64,000 nucleotides of DNA from an uncultured Acidobacteriota bacterium (GTDB lineage: Bacteria > Acidobacteriota > UBA6911 > RPQK01 > JAPXNP01): positions 658,675-722,674 of the forward strand of contig CAVRSV010000012.1 in assembly GCA_963723965.1 (NCBI GenBank), written 5' to 3'. Shown in pieces: positions 52,525-61,888 of this stretch (the first letter of the stretch is position 1; each line of letters opens with the position of its first letter). A program made the translations under genes and the position numbers. The notes beneath the pieces were generated by a model. That model saw nothing but the letters and a program-made list of their open reading frames with translations, was not told the DNA's origin and did not search any database.

Positions 52525-55477
52525 TCAATCCCCCCTGCCGTTGGGATGGCAGCTGTAGCAGGCTTGACTCTCGTAGACATAGCCTCCGACTTCTCTGTGA
52601 TGGCGATCCGTGCTGGCCCGGTCGTGTTCATGGCAGTCGATGCAGCTGAACTGCAGATAGTTTGACGAGAGATGGCAGTCGGAACAGGCCAGCCCCCGGT
52701 GAGCCCCGCTGTTGATGGGAAAGCTCGAGTGATCGAACTGGGCCCCTTCCCAGGTCGTCGCCTGGGTCCCGTGGCAGGTCGCACAGTCCGTGGGGAAACC
52801 GGCCGCGGCGTGATTCGGGTCGGTCGTCTGATCGTACTCCCGGCGATGACAGCTGACACAGTCCGAGGCCAGGCCCTGGTAGACGCCGTTCGTATGGCAG
52901 TCGGCACAGGCCGCCGTCTGGTGGCGGCCCTGGAGCGGGAAGCTCGAGTGATCGAACTCGGCTCCTTCCCAGGTCGTCGCCTGGGTCCCGTGGCAGGTCG
53001 TACAGTCCGTGGGGAAACCGGCCGCGGCGTGATTCGGGTCGGTCGTCTGATCGTACTCCCGGCGATGACAGCTGACACAGTCCGAGGCCAGGCCCTGGTA
53101 GACGCCGTTCGTATGGCAGTCGGCACAGGCCGCCGTCTGGTGGCGGCCCTGGAGGGGGAAGCTCGAGTGATCGAACTCGGCTCCTTCCCAGGTCGTCGCC
53201 TGGGTCCCGTGGCAGGTCGCACAGTCCGTGGGGAAACCGGCCGCGGCGTGATTCGGGTCGGTCGTCTGATCGTACTCCCGGCGATGGCAGCTGACACAGT
53301 CCGAGGCCAGGCCCTGGTACACGCCGTTCGTGTGGCAGTCGGCACAGGCCGCCGTCTGATGGCGGCCCTGGAGGGGGAAGCTCGAGTGATCGAACTCGGC
53401 TCCCTCCCAGGTCGTCGCCTGGGTCCCGTGGCAGGTCGCACAGTCCGTCGGGAAACCGGCCGTCGGCGTGATTCGGGTCGGTCGTCTGATCGTACTCCCG
53501 GCGATGGCAGCTGACACAGTCCGAGGCCAGGCCCTGGTACACGCCGTTCGTATGGCAGTCGGCACAGGCGGCCGTCTGATGGCGGCCCTGGAGGGGGAAG
53601 CTCGAGTGATCGAACTCGGCTCCCTCCCAGGTCGTCGCCTGATCCCCGTGGCAGGTCACGCAGTCCGTCGGGAACCCGGCTTCCACGTGATTCGGATCCG
53701 TGGCTGCGTCGAAGTCTTTGCGATGGCAGCTGACGCAGTCCGAGGCCAGGCCCTGGTAGACGCCGTTCGTGTGGCAGTCGGCACAGGCGGCCGTCTGGTG
53801 GCGGCCCTGGAGGGGGAAGCTCGAGTGATCGAACTCGGCTCCCTCCCAGGTCGTCGCCTGATCCCCGTGGCAGGTCACGCAGTCCGTCGGGAACCCGGCT
53901 TCCACGTGGTTCGGATCCGTGGCGGCGTCGAAGTCTTTGCGATGGCAGCTGACGCAGTCCGAGGCCAGGCCCTGGTAGACGCCGTTCGTGTGGCAGTCGG
54001 CACAGGCCGCGGTCTGGTGGCGGCCCTGGAGGGGGAAGCTCGAGTGATCGAACTCGGCTCCCTCCCAGGTCGTCGCCTGATCCCCGTGGCAGGTCACGCA
54101 GTCCGTCGGGAACCCCGCTTCCACGTGATTCGGATCCGTGGCGGCGTCGAAGTCTTTGCGATGGCAGCTGACACAGTCCGAGGCCAGGCCCTGGTAGACG
54201 CCGTTCGTGTGGCAGTCGGCACAGGCCGCGGTCTGATGGCGGCCCTGGAGCGGGAAGCTCGAATGATCGAACTCGGCTCCCTCCCACGTCGTCGCCTGAT
54301 CCCCGTGGCAGGTCACGCAGTCCGTCGGGAACCCCGCTTCCACGTGATTCGGATCCGTGGCGGCGTCGAAGTCTTTGCGATGGCAGCTGACGCAGTCCGA
54401 GGCCAGGCCCTGGTAGACGCCGTTCGTGTGGCAGTCGGCACAGGCCGCGGTCTGATGGCGGCCCTGGAGCGGGAAGCTCGAATGATCGAACTCGGCTCCC
54501 TCCCAGGTCGTCGCCTGATCCCCGTGGCAGGTCACGCAGTCCGTCGGGAACCCCGCTTCCACGTGATTCGGATCCGTGGCGGCGTCGAAGTCTTTGCGAT
54601 GGCAGCTGACACAGTCCGAGGCCAGGCCCTGGTAGACGCCGTTCGTGTGGCAGTCGGCACAGGCCGCCGTCTGATGGCGGCCCTGGAGCGGGAAGCTCGA
54701 GTGATCGAACTCGGCTCCCTCCCAGGTCGTCGCCTGATCCCCGTGGCAGGTCACGCAGTCCGTTGGGAACCCGGCTTCCACGTGATTCGGATCCGTGGCT
54801 GCGTCGAAGTCTTTGCGATGGCAGCTGACACAGTCCGAGGCCAGGCCCTGGTAGACGCCGTTCGTGTGGCAGTCGGCACAGGCGGCGGTCTGATGGCGGC
54901 CCTGGAGGGGGAAGCTCGAGTGATCGAACTCGGCTCCCTCCCACGTCGTCGCCTGATCCCCGTGGCAGGTCACGCAGTCCGTCGGGAAACCCGCTTCCAC
55001 GTGATTCGGATCCGTGGCGGCGTCGAAGTCTTTGCGGTGGCAGCTGACGCAATCGGTCGACTGGCCTTGGAAACCGGCGGCGTGACAATCCGTACACTCG
55101 ATCAGCCGATGGGTTCCCTCCAGCCGGAAGCCGGTTACCGTTTCATGATTCCAGCGATCCGGAGAAACCGGTTTCCAGCCGGTCGCGTCGTGGCAATCCC
55201 CACAAACGATACCCAGCGCCAGTGAATATCGATCATCCTGTCGACGATCCCAGTGGCAGCTCTCGCAATTCGTCGGCGTACCCTCGAGTTGCCCGTTGAT
55301 GTGGCACTCCTGACAGGCGACGGTACGGTGCCTGCCGGTCAAGGGGAAGCTGGTTTGGTCATGCTCCTGAACGTTGCGGCGGGCGCCTTCCTGGCCCGAC
55401 CTGAGGGGGGACGGCGCCGCCGCCAGGCCGACGAGACTCCCCAGGGCCACGAGAGCGATCATCCAACCTCTAAGCAC
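52525..55477 (-). CDS. Giant secreted multiheme c-type cytochrome, 39 CxxCH motifs (~983 aa); one extra base at 53463 splits it into ORFs 52628..55477 and 52525..53565
   Basis: Signal peptide; 6 N-terminal CxxCH, 10 repeats with 3 each, 3 C-terminal; span is 2953 nt (3n+1). Confidence 0.92.
52724..55052 (-). repeat. Intragenic tandem array of near-identical 219-bp (73-aa) tri-heme units
   Basis: Anchor ctcga(g/a)tgat at 52724, 52943, 53162, 53381, 53601, 53820, 54039, 54258, 54477, 54696, 54915 (period 219, once 220). Confidence 0.95.
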
Positions 55478-56933
55478 GCACTTCCTCCCAGCCGGTGTTG
55501 GTCATCGGGACTTCTTTGGTGACCATGGAGACGCCGACCTTCTCCAGGAAGTCTCTGGGTGAAGACCCACCCAGGAATGCAAAGACGTAGTCGTTCCCGA
55601 GCGTGCGGCACTCCGCGCTCGCGCATTCGACCCGTACCTCTCCGGGGAGAATCTCGCACACCTGGCTTCCCAGAAGAAGTCGAACCTGACCGGCGGCGAC
55701 TGCTGTTTCGAGGGCCTCCCGGTTCTTCTCACGGATCCGCGAAAACTCGGTCCGCCGATACGAGAGTGTCACTTCGTTGGTCGTCTCCTTTCCGAGGGAA
55801 ACGGCAGCTTCGACGGCGGAATCCCCTCCCCCCACCACGAGGATGCGCGCCGAGCGATACTGGGCGGCATCGCTCAAGGTGTAGAGAACTTTGGACAGGT
55901 CATGGCCGGGAACGGAGAGTTGATTCGGCGTTCCCCGCTTCCCGATGGCAAGGATGACTTTCAGGCTCCTGTATTCGCCCTTCGGAGTGCGGGTCACGAA
56001 TGTACCGTCGGGTTGGCGCTCGACATCTTCAACTCGTTCGAATTCGTGCACGATGAGCCCGGATGTCTCGATGATGGTCTGCCAGACACTGAGCAGTGCC
56101 TCCTTGGGCGCATCGGAGATCCACAGAGAACCGTACAAGGGAATCTTGATCGGCTCCGCCATGACCACCTTGCGGTTGGGATAACGGCGAATCGTGTTGG
56201 CCAGATTGCCCTGCTCCAGGATCACGAATTGGAGTCCGGCGGCTTTGGCGGCCAGTCCGGCTGACAACCCGGCGGGGCCTGAGCCGACGATCACGAGGTC
56301 GAGAACTCCCTCACTGCGCTCGTGGCTCTCGAGGATCCGGTCCACAACCAGCTGCCCCTCCGAGATGGCGTTCTTGATCAGTCCCAGACCACCCAGTTCA
56401 CCCACGGCGTACAGCCCGGGCTGATCGGTCTGAAAATCGTCGTCGATCTGCGGGACTTCGACCCTCCGTCCCCCGCCGCTCCCCCCCAGCTGGCAAGCGC
56501 CTGTCGGGCAGACCTCGGCACAGGTCCCGGCACTCGTGCAGGCATTCACATTCACGACCGCGGACTTTCCGGCGACGATCTCGAGGACTCCTTCGTTGCA
56601 GGCGTTGACACAGGCGCTGCAGCCGATGCAGACGTCCTGATCGATGATCGGGACGATTCGTCCGGCAGCATTCCCATTGGCCTCGCGGGCCTTCTTGAGT
56701 GTCCAGAGCGCCATGGGAACGCCGCACCGGTCGCAGAAGGCCGAATCGACCGCCACCGGGCTCTTGCATTGCGGACAGGGCCGCGTCGCTTTGGAGGGCG
56801 CCGGCTTCGGGGAGGCCCCTTCGGCCCGCCGATTCATGGAGGACAAATGGAAATGTACCGGCACCGTGGCCAAAAGTGCGAGCACGAGGAAGATTCCGAA
56901 CCACAGGAGATATTCCATTTCGACTTCTTTCAC
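55470..56933 (-). CDS. Membrane-anchored ferredoxin / FAD-NAD(P)H oxidoreductase (TrxR/YpdA-like)
   Basis: N-terminal TM helix; CPQC...CDRC; CIGCSACVNAC and CTSAGTCAEVCP; PGLYAVGE; GSGPAG; GGGDSA...YRR. Confidence 0.85.
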   Translation of the reverse strand: MKEVEMEYLLWFGIFLVLALLATVPVHFHLSSMNRRAEGASPKPAPSKATRPCPQCKSPVAVDSAFCDRCGVPMALWTLKKAREANGNAAGRIVPIIDQDVCIGCSACVNACNEGVLEIVAGKSAVVNVNACTSAGTCAEVCPTGACQLGGSGGGRRVEVPQIDDDFQTDQPGLYAVGELGGLGLIKNAISEGQLVVDRILESHERSEGVLDLVIVGSGPAGLSAGLAAKAAGLQFVILEQGNLANTIRRYPNRKVVMAEPIKIPLYGSLWISDAPKEALLSVWQTIIETSGLIVHEFERVEDVERQPDGTFVTRTPKGEYRSLKVILAIGKRGTPNQLSVPGHDLSKVLYTLSDAAQYRSARILVVGGGDSAVEAAVSLGKETTNEVTLSYRRTEFSRIREKNREALETAVAAGQVRLLLGSQVCEILPGEVRVECASAECRTLGNDYVFAFLGGSSPRDFLEKVGVSMVTKEVPMTNTGWEEVRA

Positions 56934-58645
56934 ATCCTGAACATGAACCGGACGAAGAACAGGTCCTCACTGCGCAGCTGCCCGAAAGTGTGTTCCTCCT
57001 GAAAGGACACGGCCAGCGCTCGGCCGAGGGCGAGGAACAGCTCGTTGAAGAGCGTATGTCGAGACGCGAGGTGGACGATTTCCGGAATGCCCCCAACGCT
57101 GTTGAAACGCAGCCCGTTGAAGGACGTGGAGTAGCTGGTGTTCCAGGAATGCCGGCCCAGCGTCTTGCTGACGGAGACGAAGAGGGAGTTGGATTCCGAT
57201 GTGTCGCCCCGGTTCAGATTGTAGTTCGCGTAGAGAGAGATCCCGGTCTCGGCGAATTGGCCGGTGGAGATCCCCATCTGTGTCGTGTGGTTCCGGATCG
57301 CCTGATCCCTGCGCTCGCTGACCCGTTCTCCGACGTAGACCCGCCAGCCATTCCGGAGCCGGTAACGCAGGCGCGCCCCGTATTGCATGTTGTAGTAGAA
57401 GCGTTCCAGCTCGCTGAAGCTCGCCAGCGGATCCGCCCCGTTTTCGAGCAGGAACCGATGGAAGTCGAGGCCTTTTCCGGAGCTGAAGTTCGCAATGACG
57501 TCGAAATCCTGCAGGAAATCGACGCGGGTGTTGAGGAAGAGTCGAGAGAGTCGATCGGCGGAACGTACGTGGCGGCCGAGTTCGAACTCCGCGTTCCCGT
57601 AAACGACGGCTCGTTCTCCGATGGGTGACAGACCATTGAGATACACGAATCGCCGTTCGCTCTTTCCCGAGTAGAGCAGTTCGTTGTAGCTCACCGAGAA
57701 GCTCTGCGCCCGACGACCAAAATAGCGGGCGAAGACTCCGTATTTAAGGAAGCCGGTCTCCAGACCCGTGCCATAGAGATCGGGCTTGAGGCCGGCATAG
57801 CCTCCGACAAGAACGTTCGACTTCGGGCGGTAGCCGCCTAGAGCTCCGAGCAGTTCCCCGATTCCGGCCGTGTCGTAGAGGTTCATCTGGCCCATCGCCA
57901 GAGAGAAAGGCTGTCTGGCGTCGTCGTAGACGAGCCGGGCATCGTAAATGCTCAGGATGTGACGCGAGGATTCCCCCAGAGTCAGCCGGTCCCTGAGGTC
58001 AAACTGGAGATTCCAGCCGGCCCCGGGCTCCCCAATCACCATGCGGGCGCGGTTGCTGAGCTGATTCACCATTCCCGCCTGGTTCCGGATGCCGTACCAG
58101 TCGGAGGAAAGCCTCCCGCGAACCTTCAAAGGAGGCTTCGGCTTCTCGGGGATCATGAACGGCGGCAGTCCGATCGGGTGTTCGACGGGCTCCAGCTTGC
58201 GCTCCCCTCCGGCGGGACTCTTCTCCGCCACGACTTCGGCGTGCTCGCTGATCTCGGCAAGTTCGAGCACGACCTCGACGCGACTCGTCTCGCCGGCTGA
58301 GATCTCCAGCGGCTCGCGGCGATACTCCTTGAATCCGGGCGAATTCACCGCCAGTCTGTAGGAACCGGCCGCCGCGACCGTGAAGGAGAAGGTCCCCAGG
58401 TCTCCGGTTACCGTCTTCCAGCCTTCAGTTCCGCCGACCGGCTGCAATCGTACATCGGCCCCGGGGATGAGGGCCCCGGAGCCATCTTTGACGACTCCTT
58501 TCAGCAATGCCGTTCCGTCGTCCGGCGTCAGCGGCGCAGCGATTCCGGCCCAGGTCAACAGACTGAGCACAGCCCCGGCGATCCGGAGCCTGTGCCGGCC
58601 CGGCCGGGCTCCCTTCCGTCTCGGCATCGGTCGTGTCGACTTCAC
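56930..58645 (-). CDS. Putative outer-membrane beta-barrel porin with N-terminal carboxypeptidase-regulatory-like domain
   Basis: Signal peptide; LKGVVKDGSGALIPGADV...GSYRLAVNSPGF; alternating aromatic-rich strands; C-terminus LFFVRFMFRM; GTG 58645 overlaps upstream stop. Confidence 0.7.
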   Translation of the reverse strand: MKSTRPMPRRKGARPGRHRLRIAGAVLSLLTWAGIAAPLTPDDGTALLKGVVKDGSGALIPGADVRLQPVGGTEGWKTVTGDLGTFSFTVAAAGSYRLAVNSPGFKEYRREPLEISAGETSRVEVVLELAEISEHAEVVAEKSPAGGERKLEPVEHPIGLPPFMIPEKPKPPLKVRGRLSSDWYGIRNQAGMVNQLSNRARMVIGEPGAGWNLQFDLRDRLTLGESSRHILSIYDARLVYDDARQPFSLAMGQMNLYDTAGIGELLGALGGYRPKSNVLVGGYAGLKPDLYGTGLETGFLKYGVFARYFGRRAQSFSVSYNELLYSGKSERRFVYLNGLSPIGERAVVYGNAEFELGRHVRSADRLSRLFLNTRVDFLQDFDVIANFSSGKGLDFHRFLLENGADPLASFSELERFYYNMQYGARLRYRLRNGWRVYVGERVSERRDQAIRNHTTQMGISTGQFAETGISLYANYNLNRGDTSESNSLFVSVSKTLGRHSWNTSYSTSFNGLRFNSVGGIPEIVHLASRHTLFNELFLALGRALAVSFQEEHTFGQLRSEDLFFVRFMFRM

Positions 58646-60540
58646 CAATCGCTGATCCTCCATGAGTCGAACGTGTGACAGCGCTCGCAGGCTGCATAGC
58701 TGGCCCGATGAGGCGATGCGTGGCAATCCAGGCACGCCGTATCGGGAGAATCGGCCTTGTTGGGGACCCGGGTCCGGGAAACGAACTCCAGCACCGTCTT
58801 CTGCTGCCACGGGACTCGCTCGTGGCAGCGCTCACAGGGAAGTTGAGCGTGCCGTCCCAGAAGGGGAAAGGCCGTCTTGAAGTGATTGAAGAACTGGACG
58901 GTGAATCCCTTCGTGCTGTGACACCGCGCGCAGTCCGCGGGCTGCCGGTACTGATGGGGGTCTGCGTGACAGCCGGAGCATTGAAGGGAGAGGGGGTGAT
59001 AGCGCCGAGCCCTTCTTCCCACGCCGGCCGGCCCGACCTCCGCCGCGGGGTGGCATTGGACACAGGCGACACCCGCGTGCAGTCCCGTCAGCGGGAAACC
59101 ACTCTTCTGATGATCGAACCGGGTGACGGGAAGAAAGCGATCCATGTTGTGACAGCGCTCGCAATTGCCCGCCAACTGGCCCGCATGCGGGTCCTGATGA
59201 CAACCTTTGCAGGCATGGTTCAGTGGTGCAAAGCGGATCGCGACTCCGGCGCCCCCCGGGAACCGTCCCTGTTCCTGATGGTGACATTCTGCGCACGGAG
59301 TCTGGAGATGGGCCCCTTCGAGAGGGAAGTCGGACCCCGAATCGTGGGAGAAGCTCAGCGTCGATTCACCAAATCCGAACGTGGAGTGACAGGCTTGGCA
59401 CTGGTCCCCAAGTTGTCCCAGGTGAACGTCCCGATGGCAGCTGTCACAGGCCAGGCTCAAAGGCCGGTAACGGATGAACCGGACGGCCTGTCCGTCGCTT
59501 ACCGCCTCCTCTGTCCGGTGACACCGGGCACATTCGACGTCCAGGTGTTTTCCGGTGAGATGAAGACGCGCCTGCTGATGATTGAACGTCGTCTTCTCAA
59601 AGCCCTCCTCGACATGACAGGCGGAACAGTCCTGGCTGAACTGCCCCCGGTGGGGGTCTTGTACGTGGCAGTTCCTGCATTCGCCGAAAGCGATTGCCTT
59701 GAATCGATTCTCCGGGTGACAGCTCCGGCACGGCACCCCGGCATGCTTCCCGCGGAGCGGAAAAGAGGAGTCCTCGCCGTGAAATCGGAGACGGGCCTGT
59801 CGGACTCGCCAGTTCGAGACACTGTGACACTGCGCGCAGTCGGAACCCAGGGACGGCTGGTGCGCGTCGCTGTGACAGTCGGTACAGCTCGAAAAGGCGA
59901 CGCCCTTCCACTGACCGCCCCGATGACACTTCGAACACTCGAGATCGCGGTGCGCACCGCGCAGGTGGAAGGCCGCCTGCTCGTGGTCGAACCGGACCTC
60001 GGTGAACTTCCGCTCCACGCCGTGACAACGCCCGCAGTCGCCTCCCAGGCTCCCCTTGTGAACATCTTCATGACAGGTGACGCAGGTGCGGTCTTTCAGG
60101 AGAAATGACCGGCCGGAGACACGCTTCACCGACCGCTCCGGGGAATGGCAGGATTCGCAGCGCCCGACTCGTGCGTGATAGCCGGTCAGGGGGTAACCGG
60201 TTTCACTGTGATCGAAGTGCGCCGGATCCCATGGGAGCAGGGAGGCCTCTTCCCCGCGGTGTTCGGGATGACAGGTCGCACACTGCTCGCCGCGGGTTCG
60301 ATGGAGCCCTCGCCGATCGTGGATGCGGGCGGCGATTTGGCGGTGGCAGGCCAGGCACTTGCCGTCGTCGACACCCTGGCCCGGGGTGTGACAGCGATCG
60401 CAGCCGTCCAAGCCTTCCACATTCTGGTGGGCCCGACTCAGCGCGCCGGGAGAAACCAGCGACTCGAGTCCCTGCGCGGCGCCGGATCCGGAGAATACCA
60501 TCAGTGAAAGCCCCAGCACGAGCGCTCCTTTCTTCACCAA
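58642..60540 (-). CDS. Secreted multiheme c-type cytochrome, 24 CxxCH motifs
   Basis: Signal peptide; SPGALSRAH; 24 CxxCH counted; recurrent FDH...FPLxGxH units. Confidence 0.93.
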   Translation of the reverse strand: MVKKGALVLGLSLMVFSGSGAAQGLESLVSPGALSRAHQNVEGLDGCDRCHTPGQGVDDGKCLACHRQIAARIHDRRGLHRTRGEQCATCHPEHRGEEASLLPWDPAHFDHSETGYPLTGYHARVGRCESCHSPERSVKRVSGRSFLLKDRTCVTCHEDVHKGSLGGDCGRCHGVERKFTEVRFDHEQAAFHLRGAHRDLECSKCHRGGQWKGVAFSSCTDCHSDAHQPSLGSDCAQCHSVSNWRVRQARLRFHGEDSSFPLRGKHAGVPCRSCHPENRFKAIAFGECRNCHVQDPHRGQFSQDCSACHVEEGFEKTTFNHQQARLHLTGKHLDVECARCHRTEEAVSDGQAVRFIRYRPLSLACDSCHRDVHLGQLGDQCQACHSTFGFGESTLSFSHDSGSDFPLEGAHLQTPCAECHHQEQGRFPGGAGVAIRFAPLNHACKGCHQDPHAGQLAGNCERCHNMDRFLPVTRFDHQKSGFPLTGLHAGVACVQCHPAAEVGPAGVGRRARRYHPLSLQCSGCHADPHQYRQPADCARCHSTKGFTVQFFNHFKTAFPLLGRHAQLPCERCHERVPWQQKTVLEFVSRTRVPNKADSPDTACLDCHASPHRASYAACERCHTFDSWRISDW

Positions 60541-61406
60541 TTGACTCCATAGCCGAAGTAGGTGGCCACCGCGATGTGAATCAGAATCAGGACCGAGGCC
60601 AGGATCGTGAAGGGGCGGTGGAAGATGTGCCAGTACGAGAACAGCCGCTGGCTCGCCTCGAGGACGGCGAGCTTCTTGAGGAGCCGCCTCTGCTTGAGGA
60701 CGAGCCGAACGACCCGGACCCGCCGTCGAAGACCCTTGCCCTGAATTCCGGAGATCCGCCAGGCCTGATGCACATGAGAGAAGCCCTTAAGATCGTCTGC
60801 GATGACCACGGCGACCGTCATCACGAGCCCGCGCCGCTGCTGGCGCACTCTCGCCAGATACTGCTCGAGCGCCTCCAGCAGCCGGTCCCGGCTGGAATCC
60901 GATCCGAGTTCGGCAACCCACTCGGAGAGCTGCTGTTCGATCTGGGCCAGGGACATCTCGTTCCCTTTCCGGGTGCGCGGGATCTTCGAGTAGAGATAGC
61001 GGCCGATGATGCCCGAAAGGACCATGGCCATCGTCGAGTAGAAGCCGATTGCGGCCAGTCCTCCGAGTTTTCCGGTAGTGTGCAGCGCGACCAGGGCGGG
61101 CCCTCCGAGCCCAAGGAAGATATGGACCTGGAGCCACTGCTTTTGATTCCCGAACCTCTGAAGGAAATGGGACCGCTTGCGAATCGTGTACAGGAATGTC
61201 AGCAGCATCATGCTTCCACCGACGATTCCCAGGAGTCGTCCCTCGCCACCTGAAGGCTTCAGCAGGGAGTGGAGCGGATGAAATGCACGATCGGGGAGAG
61301 GTGTCAGATAGTAGCCCATCCCGTGGGCCACGAGAGTGCCGAAGGCGACCAGATAGGCCGTCACAATCAGCCCCAGACAGGTTTTGAACACTCCGATTCT
61401 CAACAA
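60534..61406 (-). CDS. Inner-membrane protein with conserved His (cytochrome b / ferric reductase-like)
   Basis: TM helices; WLQVHIFLG, VALHT, WHIFHRP, ILIHI; SGIIGRYLY. Confidence 0.75.
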   Translation of the reverse strand: MLRIGVFKTCLGLIVTAYLVAFGTLVAHGMGYYLTPLPDRAFHPLHSLLKPSGGEGRLLGIVGGSMMLLTFLYTIRKRSHFLQRFGNQKQWLQVHIFLGLGGPALVALHTTGKLGGLAAIGFYSTMAMVLSGIIGRYLYSKIPRTRKGNEMSLAQIEQQLSEWVAELGSDSSRDRLLEALEQYLARVRQQRRGLVMTVAVVIADDLKGFSHVHQAWRISGIQGKGLRRRVRVVRLVLKQRRLLKKLAVLEASQRLFSYWHIFHRPFTILASVLILIHIAVATYFGYGVNW

Positions 61407-61888
61407 TCGTCGGCTTTCTTCACGCGGTGAAGCCGGACCCTACACGGCGGGTCTCCGTCAAGCGGCCGGGTCGGCCCCCGTTTCGGGATCCGCACCTCAC
61501 CTCCGATATCGCAGTCGGCGTCAACGCCGGCTTGGGCGCTCACACCCTTCGCTACTGGCCCGGTGAAAGAGACAAGCTGGAACGATCCGTCCCGCACCAG
61601 CTCCGCTGGGTAGGTCACAGGGTTGAGCTTCTCGATTGCAGTCGGCATGCCACTGTTGGCTGGAGCCACTCAACCTACTCAATTTCTGCTATTTACGCGG
61701 GCGTCAGGCTCCTTTTGCCAACCCTCGATGTCCGCCCGCTACGGGTTACGCCGCCCCATCCGGTGGGACATTCGGACCCACACCGACCCACTCGGATGAA
61801 TTCCCCCGGGTCGACGGGCTGATTGGAAAGCCGCACCGTGAAGCTGCTATGCTGGCTGGAACGAAGCTCACACCAGGAAGCACTCGTC

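Noticed and set aside
52724-55052. Regular repeat array as a possible CRISPR
   Set aside because: Period is 219 bp with no unique spacers; it is in-frame coding sequence and no cas genes are present
52497-55225. Long alternative-frame ORFs (52497..55097 -, 53468..55225 +, 52672..53514 +)
   Set aside because: Shadow frames of a GC-rich repeat that lacks stop codons; only the CxxCH frame is meaningful
61690-61760. Possible c-di-GMP-I riboswitch upstream of the cytochrome operon (minus-strand GGCAAA...GACGC)
   Set aside because: Lacks the GNRA-capped P2 stem and GACGCAAA/P3 architecture
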